Assembly: GCF_006345805.1 (NCBI RefSeq) | Contig: NC_043011.1 | Coordinates: forward strand, 434,001 to 498,000 | Origin: Octopus sinensis | Taxonomy: Eukaryota | Direction of reading: 5' to 3' | DNA: 64,000 bases | Shown: one piece after another, positions 52,527 through 64,000 of the stretch | Position numbering within the stretch: position 1 is the first letter of the stretch | How the letters are laid out: the number at the start of each line of letters is the position of its first letter | Notes under the pieces: model-generated | What the model was told of the DNA's origin: nothing | Seen by the model: only the letters and a program-made list of their open reading frames with translations | Database searches by the model: none | Translations under genes and position numbers: made by a program

Positions 52527-53075
52527 AAAAACTCTCTGAAAATGCACTGATATAATACAGGGAATAAATTATAATGTAGTCATATAATTTTCAAGAAAAG
52601 AGAACGAATATATTAAAACAAAATTCTCTTGCTGAAAATTTATTTGAAGGAAAGTATAAATGAAACAAAAAGAGAAAAAAATCGTAATCAAAATCTTGAA
52701 AATCGTCACGCATTTGGTTTTGATTTCATTTATGTGAGTTTTATGTTTTCTAGACATAAAAAAGTTTAAAATAGAATTTCTGTTATTTCATTGCCTGTTT
52801 CTACCGTACAGTATTTGGTAGGGAAGGTTAATAAATCAACCACTCCTCTTAACCGTTTTCAAGACTGTGGTGAAGACCATAGATGAGCTATTTCTTCAGT
52901 ACTTTATTTCCGTAGAACATGTCAGTAGTTGATTATTTGATGATCAAACAACTGCTGGTGAGTGTTCAAGCAGAGATACTTCTTGAAAAAGAGCCTTAGA
53001 CAAAAATCCAGAACCCAGAACAACTTGAAATATCTCAACCATTGTCATAAGCATAATTGATATTATTGTCAATTA

Positions 53076-53515
53076 GGATCTTTTCGGTTTGAACGGCAAT
53101 GTTTTCTAGCGGTGTCATATGAAATTGTCACCCATAATTATGACCCTAGTATCGATCAATTGCATTTCAATCTGTTTTAGAGTTAGGGTCAGTTAGGGTT
53201 AGGGTTAGGGTTAGGGGTGGGGGGAAGGGTATCTTTTTTTCTGCACAAATGTAAATAAATCTAATCTGTTTCTTAAACGAGGGACATATTCATACGGCAC
53301 AGAACGTTATTTACATCAATAGACGTCAGTGATTGGTTGAAATTGCAGAAATTGAAGAAAAACAACAACAAATATCTTACAAACTATAGAATTTTCTCAA
53401 TAAAGGCAAGAGAAAAAGATGTTTTATAAACACATTCTACCAGTATACGAAGTTTAAAATTTTTTTAGTTACCTAGAAATTATGTTAAAAGCTGCCGTTC
53501 AGACCGAAAAGACCC
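53076..53515. mobile_element. TTAGGG-bearing MITE, copy 7
   Basis: Perfect TSD gtcaatta at 53068-53075 and 53516-53523. Confidence 0.95.
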
Positions 53516-54055
53516 GTCAATTATTTGAATGTAATCTTTTAATCAGTTCAACCTTGGTATATTTTGGTATTTTCAGCAACGATAATTTGGAGGAATGACA
53601 GGAATTGCAAAGCTTCATTCAAAATACATTGCGTTGTTTAATTTCGTTCTTTTACATTCTTTTCCTTTCAGTGATGTAAAATAAAATAACTCAGGTACTG
53701 GTTCAATCTCATCGCATTTATTCGCTTCCAAAATTTTCTTTCTTGTGTCTATACCTGAAAATCATCATAGCAAAGCGAAACGGTGCCAGAAATGGTAAAG
53801 CACAAAATCAATTGGTCACATAAATTTTAGAAGTATCAATGTACGTGCTGCGTTAAGCTTTCACTATGACTGACTTTCAAAGTTCCAGGTTTTGTAAAAT
53901 AACTGAGTGCTGTGGTCAGTTCAATCGACTGTACCTAGGCTACAAAGTTTGATTTTGTTATAATGATCAGCTTTAGCAGGGTAAATCCATAGAAAACTCG
54001 AAGAGGAAATGGCGTGGTCAATGGTATGCATGATGGTGTGCTCTGTTGCTACCAA

Positions 54056-54283
54056 AGCTGGCAGAAACGTTAGCGCGCCGGGCGAAATGCTTAACGGTAT
54101 TTCGTCTACCGTTACGTTCTGAGTTCAAATTCCGCCGAGGTCGACTTTGCCTTTCATCCTTTCGGGGTCGATAAATTAAGTACCAGTTACGCACTGGGGT
54201 CGATATAATCGACTTAATCCGTTTGTCTGTCCTTGTTTGTCCCCTCTGTGTTTAGCCCCTTGTGGGTAGTAAAGAAACAGGTA
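54056..54283 (+). mobile_element. Nin-domain SINE with Tx1-like tail
   Basis: Same family as 24961-25192. Confidence 0.88.
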
Positions 54284-54477
54284 TGCTCTGTTGCTATTCT
54301 TCAACATCAACAAATGAACAGAAAATAAGCGATCATGTTGATCATGTAGCGACAAATGACAAGGCTTAAATATTATGAATTGCAAATTTTAGACTTCTTG
54401 ATGTAAAACAAGGATTCTTCTAATATGGGAGTTTCAATGATTTGTTTGAGATAGAGTACATTCCATTGCAGCACTAA

Positions 54478-54771
54478 GTGGAGACACATGGCCTGGTGGT
54501 TAGAGCAGCGGGCTCGCGGTCGAGGGATCGCCGGTTCGAATCTCAGACCGGGCGATGTGTGTGTTTATGAGTGAAACACCTAAGCTCCCCGCGGCTCTGG
54601 CAGAAGGTAATGGCGAAATTCTGCTGACTCTTTCGCCACAACTTTCTCTCACTCTTTCCTCCTGCATCTTGCAGCTTACCGGCGTCCCGTCCAGGTGAGG
54701 AACCTATACGCCAAGAAACCGGGAAACCGGCCCTTATGAGCCAGGCGTGGCTCGCGAAGGAACAAACAACA
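54478..54771 (+). mobile_element. tRNA(Arg)-derived SINE, second subfamily (tail ending gaacaaacaaca)
   Basis: Head is homologous to the 3264 element. The 3' half differs and matches 61876-62190. Confidence 0.85.
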
Positions 54772-55161
54772 TTGCAGCACTGACATTGTAATCAACTCTC
54801 CATAAATGTTTCTACAGCCACCATCATCACTTTTATACAAAACTACATCGAATACTTTAGTCCAACTATTGATATTTAATATAACCATAAATTCCAGCAT
54901 CATCATGGGCATTATAAGCAGATCATAAAATTTAAATTCATGAGCATACTGGAAACCTTTAGAACGTTGATAATGATGAAGATGATTATGGTCATCATCA
55001 TTATTATCAGGAAAAGAGGAAAAAGTTTCAATTGAGTAGGAGGAGAAGAAGGGACAAAAGATCCTCCTCTTCATCATCATCACTATCATCAGCAGCATTA
55101 TTAATAAATAACTGTTTGCACATGTGTATGTGTTTATGCATCTGTGTGCAAGTGTGTGTGC

Positions 55162-55197
<36 letters not shown>

Positions 55198-55628
55198 TCA
55201 ACCATTTCCTTGCTTAGATACATGTGTCACTGTTGATTCATATGTGTAGGTCATTATGAAAACTACACATATCAATAATTGTATGTAAACAGACAGGCTT
55301 ACTTGCACATGCACATTGTCATCTATATGTAAGTAAAAGTCGATACTGTGAGGCTTGTATAATTGTATTTCTCTATGTATATATATTTATGCACAAGTAT
55401 GTACATAGGCCTGCTTTTGAATTCTAGTGTGTATTGCGGATGTATGTGTGTGTGTGTGCATGTCATCTATGTTCAAAGATATGCATGCGCATACTTGTGC
55501 AGCAAGAAACTTCTCAACCGGGTTCAGTCTCACTGCGTTGCTCCATGGGAAAGTGTCTTCAACTATAGGTTCGGGTCAACCAAAGCCTTGTGAGTGGATT
55601 TGATTGACAAAGACTGAAAGAGCCCGTC

Positions 55629-55677
<49 letters not shown>

Positions 55678-55711
55678 TGGATGTGTGTATTTTTCCCTTG
55701 TTTACTGCACC

Positions 55712-55756
<45 letters not shown>

Positions 55757-55759
<3 letters not shown>

Positions 55760-56560
55760 GAAATTTACAAAAGACGAAGACAGGAGTATAAACAACAAGC
55801 AGGTGAGGAAGTCTTTTACGTTTCGAGTCTACGCTCTTCAGCAGAATAAACAGAGAGGGAATAAAAACATTTTGGAGTTAGCGGTCAATCATGGCGACTG
55901 GCTGGACAAAGGTAGTTAGGCGAGCTAGGAAGAAGGGTAGAAATTAAAGTACTGGTGATCCCAAAATGAAGGTGCCCGTGCGTGTGTGCATATGAGAGTG
56001 TGCAAGTGTGTGCGTGTGGATAGGGGCTGGTGACTTTGACGTGTAGCTGTGTGCTTCTGTAATGTGTGGATGTGTGGATGATGGTATGAGTGCTGGGAAG
56101 TGGTCAGTGGTAGTGTGTGCGGGGTGGTGTGTTGTGGTGTGGCAGTGTTGGGGTGTGTGGATATGAGGGTACTGATGTACAGAGAAGGACAGAAAGAGCA
56201 GGGAATGCAGTAAATGACATTGATAGAAGTGCAGGTAAAGGAGTAAGTGATATGATAGGGATGATTATGGGTGCCTGTTAGGATGGTGGTGTTGGAGAGG
56301 TAGGGGCAAGTGCGGCAGCGTGGGCGGGAGCAGGGGAACAAGCCAGGTTGGGAGGTGGGGTTAGGGAAGAAACTGTGGACCAGGAGGTCACTAGGTTGTG
56401 GGCTCGTTTGAAGAAGAGAAGGGGATGTGCGAAGTGGAGGGGTCGGACTGGAGTCACCGGAAGGCTTGGAGAATGGTGCGTTGGAGGGGCAGGGTGGAGA
56501 GGTGGTAGGTGAGGGGAGATGGGTAACGGCGGAGTGGGTACGGAGAGAGAGAGAGAGCAA
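55757..56560 (-). mobile_element. Penelope-like element 3' part: Zn-finger linker/GIY-YIG start plus pLTR with hammerhead-like motif
   Basis: DLLVHS..FPCSRPRCRTCPYL..SFTCTSINVIYCIPCSFCPSLYI. Minus strand CTGAAGA-gcgtagactc-GAAA-cgt-A at 55813-55845. Confidence 0.85.
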
Positions 56561-56667
56561 AAGAGATTGATAGAATAATTATTAGGTTTCAAAAAAATAA
56601 GCGCTAGGGTCAATTTGTTTGATTAACCCTCCTCCCAAGTCGGCGCCCCAACAATGGCCATAGTTAA

Positions 56668-58429
<1,762 letters not shown>

Positions 58430-61015
58430 AAGAGAAAGAGAGAAAGAGGCAAAGAAGGAAAGAAAAAAGAAAGATAGAAAGAAAGAAATTAATACAATGG
58501 TCTTTAGAATTAAAATTTGTGTAAAATGCGTATTGAATTATAGACTAACAGCGAACTCGTTTGGTCTTGTTCTTTGAATATTGTCAAATTAAAAAAAGGG
58601 AAGTTATCTGAATGACTCTCATAAAGAACTGAATCAGTATTCAATGACAGTAGTAGTAAATTAGAAGAGATAGTTTACGTGTAAAGGTTTACTTCAAACT
58701 GTTCCGAGCCCAGTAACAATCTCTGGTTATTATTGCCTCCTTTATAATCGTCAAATATCAGTGCTGCAATCAATTTTAAAATGGTGAGTGACTTCGGGTT
58801 CTTGGTTTCACAGGAATTTACTATGATGCCAGCATTATGATCAACGCCTTCAAAATCACAAATTCCACATCTTCCCCATCAGCACCATCATCATAATAAT
58901 AATCACTATTATCATTATAGTCCTAATTGCCAAAAGACAGCCTAACCAGCTTCACCATAACTACCACCACAAAACCGTCATCATCGTCATTAGTAACTGC
59001 CGACTTCATCCTTCCCACCACCAAACTTCTCCACCTCCGTCTCCTCTCCATTTTCATGATTAACCTCAGCCACAACGACAAAGTGTAGGTAATCATAGTG
59101 ATGATGATGATGATGGTGATGAGGATGATGGTGATGATGATGTAAGCTGAACTGGAAATTATTCTAATACTAGTTCGAGAAACTGAAAGTCAATAGTAGT
59201 GACGAATGAAGGACAGATGCGTGTACCAAGTTGCAAAGGGAAAAGCACTGAGCAAAACACGTTGCCAGTAAATATGTCATGAGGAGTTTGACGTGAAGAA
59301 ACGCAGGCGAACGGTGATATAGTTTACTGTTGAATAAATCATTCGGGATCCAGTCAACATGTGGGAAGTCCGAGTTGCAACTAGCAGTCAAGATCGCGCT
59401 CTGCGGCTTATTGCTCGTTGTTTATGCACCAGTGGAGCAGATAGTTGGAATTCATCACGTACTTAAAGACTCCTGAGCACAACTCGCTTATTAATGGAGA
59501 TCATGACATGTTTAGTAACGAAGCAGCACACCAAGATCGGATTCTAGAACAGTTTACGAAAAAAATGACGTAAGAGCCCCTTAAATCTGCTCGAACGGTT
59601 CCAACTTCCAAACGGATTACTCAGGACCGCCAATCTGGGAAAATCGCAGAACCACAAAACCGCAGAATCGTAGAACTGGGAAAATCGCAGCAGGTGGCCC
59701 AGACCACTTTTTGAATGTAAAAAGTAAAAAGATTGGATTTTTTTTCTTTTTACAATTGTAAGATTTCGACAAAGTGCACGTAAAGTAGTTAGAAGCTGCT
59801 ATGTATAATGTCGGTGGCCAGTATAACCCTGTGCAATCTCGGCTATATCCTTCCAGAAGAATCCTATCCTAGTGTGGTGCAACGAAGAGAGGCTTCAGTT
59901 GGGATCCAATCCATTTAGATAGCTGAAGCCAACCATTGATAACAGCGTAGAGAAGTGATTTCAGGCTGATTTTCAAAAGTAGAAAGCTCTGTTGTACAGT
60001 GACAACTACACAATGAGCGGCCGTAAGTGTCCACCCATCGTAATAGTTCGGTATTGCGCAATCGGCCTGTATATATATGTTCTCGCATTGGCTTTAGTAC
60101 GTTTAGGCTCTTGATTAGTTACTGAGGATTTGTGATTGTAGGGACGCAGAAGAGCCATGTAAGCATATGCAGACGACGTCTCTGTCCTGATGTTAGGCAT
60201 ATTGGGAATTGATGTGGTCTGTGTCGTACAGAAAGAATACGCGAGGTAACAAGATAAGCATCAACCTGGATATGTTATTGGGTTTATCGGTCTACGTTGG
60301 CTAGGACAAGCCTCATGTTAGAGGACATATTCCAGTGATGACGCTTATGGTCAGGTTCGGTTCGAATTTTTACATGAATGCACAGGTGGTTAATTGCTCA
60401 GAAATGGGCTAAAATGGCTAAGAAAGAACCTACCATTGAAAGATTATGCAAACATTGCAATACCTATATAGCAATTGATCGTCGAGATTTTCCCAACCCC
60501 ATATCCTAACGCTTTGGCGCTTCTCTTCTGCTTCTTGGGGAGGGCCAAACTCTGCTTGTAGTCAATCTGCTGCTAGCACTCTATACGGAAGTTCGAGGTG
60601 CTGTGGGTGAGAACGCATAGGCAGTGCTATCTCCAAAGATTCCCAGACGTTGAGTAGGTATGGTCAATGTTCGCCTCTTTGACGGAGCTGTAGTCCTCGG
60701 TCAAGAATACAGCAAAATTAGATTTGGAATACTGCCCTCTATCACTCATATAATACAGTAGACAGAGTTGTTGCAGGTATGAGTGAGGACATTTTATTCA
60801 TGTTCTGTTATAGTTTTAGTTCGAATCCTGCCAAGGTTGACTTGTCTTACTTCGTGGTCAATAATACGCCAATCCAGTACTAGGCTTATATAATCGATTG
60901 CCTATGTAAGAAACTTTATTATTATTATTATTAAGTTTATGTGACGTTAGACTCTGGGTTTGCCAAATGCACTGAGTTTACTATCCACTGAATTTCTGCT
61001 TTTGAATATTTAAAT

Positions 61016-61472
<457 letters not shown>

Positions 61473-61875
61473 TATTACAATGAGAATTTGAACTGGCTCA
61501 GATGACCACTAGTTATCTCTGCTATATTTTATAGACAGCCTGAATTAATTTCGTTGTACGCATTGTCTCTTGTTCACTTTTGTTTTAGTATGCAGTAAAA
61601 CATGCCCCACTACGGCATGATGTCTCTTATTCTTGGTCTTTTCTTTCTCTCGCTCTTATTTCCCAGCTCTCTCACTTTTGACTCTTTGTCATCCTCGATC
61701 TTAATTTCTCTCTTTTCTCTTCTCTTTCCCTCTCTTCTCCTTCTCTCTTCTGTCTCTCCTTTCTTCTCTCTCTCCTCTCTTCTCGCTCTTTCCTCTTTTC
61801 TCTCTCTCTCGCTCTTTCATCTCTCCCCCACACGATCATTTTGACATGCTTTCAATCTCTTGCACTAGCATACAA

Positions 61876-62190
61876 TGTTGTTGTTTGTTCCTTCTCGAGC
61901 CATGCCCGGCTCATAAGGTCCGGTTTCCCGGTTTCCTTGGCGTATAGATTCCCCACCTGGACGTGACGCCGGTCCGTCGCAGGTGAGCTGCAAGATGCAG
62001 GAGGAAAGAGTGAGAGAAAGTTGTGGCGAAAGAGTCAGCAGAAGTTCGCCATTACCTTCTGCCGGAGCCGCATGGAGCTCATAAACACATGTTTCGCTCA
62101 TAAACACACATATCGCCCGGTATGAGATTCGAACCCGCGATCCCTCGACCGCGAATCCGCTGCTCTAACCACTAGGCCATGTGCCTCCAC
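61876..62190 (-). mobile_element. tRNA(Arg)-derived SINE, second subfamily
   Basis: Reverse complement of 54478-54771. Confidence 0.88.
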
Positions 62191-62250
62191 TCGCATACAA
62201 TGGGATATTTTGTTTATCTGTTCCTGTTTCAAGTGCAAGCGCACGCACGG

Positions 62251-62291
<41 letters not shown>

Positions 62292-62642
62292 CACGCACAC
62301 ACATATTCACACACGCAAACTCAGTCTTACAATCTATCTCCTACCCTTTAAACTCTTTTTCTCTCCCTTTCTTCATCGTTTATTCTCACTCCCCGTCTGC
62401 TTCTTCCTCTCGTTGTTGTTTTTCGTCGTTTATCATGTTATTGGAATATTCTTTATTTTACCTCTACAATGACTCTCTTATCCCTTTTTTTAAACCTGCC
62501 CATCTTTCTCCTTCTACAAGTACATCTCTCAGCCTCTTCCTGTTAATTTCCATCTGAGTTCCACATATCTCTCTTCCTGTTCTACCTGTCTCTCTCACCT
62601 ATTTTTTCTCCTTTTTTAGCATCACCACAGCCACAACAACAA

Positions 62643-62872
62643 CCTATTTCTTTACTACCAACAAGGGGCTAATCATAGAGAGGACAAACAAGGACAGACA
62701 AACGGATTAAGTCGATTATATCGACCCCAGTACGTAACAGGTACTTATTTAATCGACCCCGAAAGGATGAAAGGCAAAGTCGATTTCGGCGGAATTTGAA
62801 CTCAGAACGTAGCGGCAGACGAAATACCGCTAAGCATTTCGCCCGGCGTGCTAACGATTCTGCCAGATCGCA
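62643..62872 (-). mobile_element. Nin-domain SINE with Tx1-like tail
   Basis: Reverse complement of 54056-54283. Confidence 0.88.
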
Positions 62873-63451
62873 GCCACAACAACAACCACTACAAGAACTA
62901 ACCACACACCGGTAAACAAAACAGCTGTTGTAGGAGTGCTAAACCTCATTACTTTTCGATAAAACAACTGCTGATTCTTCTCCATTTCTCCCGCAAGTAA
63001 AAATTGGTTTAATATTTCCCGCTTTATTAACCTGCACACCTTCATATCTTCCGCTTATCTTTTCTCGTTCTTAAATTATTCCGCTGAGTCCCACCGTTAA
63101 ACAACTATGTGAAGTGTCACATGATGTAAAAAAAAAAACAAAAACGATAAGCATTGCACAGAGTTTCTAGATAGCTGAGATAATCTAACTCAAGGTTATA
63201 ACGTACTGTGCAATTGAAAATTCATACCTCACCTTCACCAATCACCAGCACAATCAAAAGAATTGCAAATCGTCACAAGCACTCCGTCCTTGAAGGAACT
63301 TGTTGCTAAACCCTTAGTTATTGTTATAATTATATATAAAGCTTCTTGTATAAGTTTTTACCGAATATGGTTCTTTCCCATACAGAAACTACTTGGTAAA
63401 ATTTATCAATTATAAATTAATAATTTTTTACCCTATATCTATAATGATATT

Positions 63452-63745
63452 ATAGAGGCCCACATCTCTTCAATATCCCCCCGAAGGATCTGAGAGACCT
63501 GCATGGGGAGGATGCAGATGTCTTTAAAATAAAACTGGATCTCTTCCTGTCAGGTGTCCCAGATGAACCAACTTCACGGCAGGGGGTGCAGATGAGGGCA
63601 GCTGCATCGAGCTCTCTCGGGCACCAAATAGCATTTGCTAAAAAGCATTCGTGAAGTAAAATCATATAGCAACACCAAATGGCGGTGCCCCAGCATGGCC
63701 ACAGTCCGTGAGCAGAAACTAGATAAAAATAAAATAAGAAAAATA
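63452..63745 (+). mobile_element. CR1-clade LINE 3' end
   Basis: YRGPHLFNIPPKDLRDL..VFKIKLDLFLSGVPDEP..RAAASSSL.HQ (typical CR1 ORF2 C-terminus), followed by 3' UTR ggcggtgccccagcatggccacag and an A-rich tail. Confidence 0.85.
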
Positions 63746-63766
63746 ATATATATATATATATGTATG

Positions 63767-63820
<54 letters not shown>

Positions 63821-63912
63821 ATATGACTAAATATTGTTCATGATAAAATAATTTCACCATTTTCTACCTTGTCTTATTTTCCTTATATATATGTATATAT
63901 ATATATAATATA

Positions 63913-64000
<88 letters not shown>

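Noticed and set aside
52895-52965. Short AG...GTGAGT exon candidate (also ATG|gtgagt near 58780)
   Set aside because: Too short, with no recognisable peptide. Such sites are expected by chance.

Overview
Eukaryotic, AT-rich, repeat-saturated DNA with no confidently identifiable host protein-coding gene. The SINE families and microsatellite load suggest a cephalopod, probably Octopus (inference). The window is a mosaic of decayed transposons: several Penelope-like (PLE) RT/GIY-YIG fragments with minimal hammerhead-ribozyme motifs, two mariner elements, a Helitron PIF1-helicase remnant, a Gypsy LTR element with both LTRs, a near full-length R4/Dong-type element next to (TAA)n, an L1/Tx1-type ORF2 fragment, a CR1 3' end, three tRNA-derived SINE families, and seven copies of a ~410-480 bp MITE (8-bp TSD) carrying TTAGGG repeats. 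The most unusual signal is a head-to-tail array (35.6-41.1 kb) of an element encoding only an ORF1-like CCHC protein. Its ~45-nt 3' tail is also the tail of the Tx1-like LINE and of a Nin-domain SINE in the same window. There are also many long fold-back palindromes and a templated-insertion patchwork at 56.7-58.4 kb. Most ORFs in the supplied track are microsatellite translations. All alignments were done by eye, so boundaries of decayed elements are approximate.
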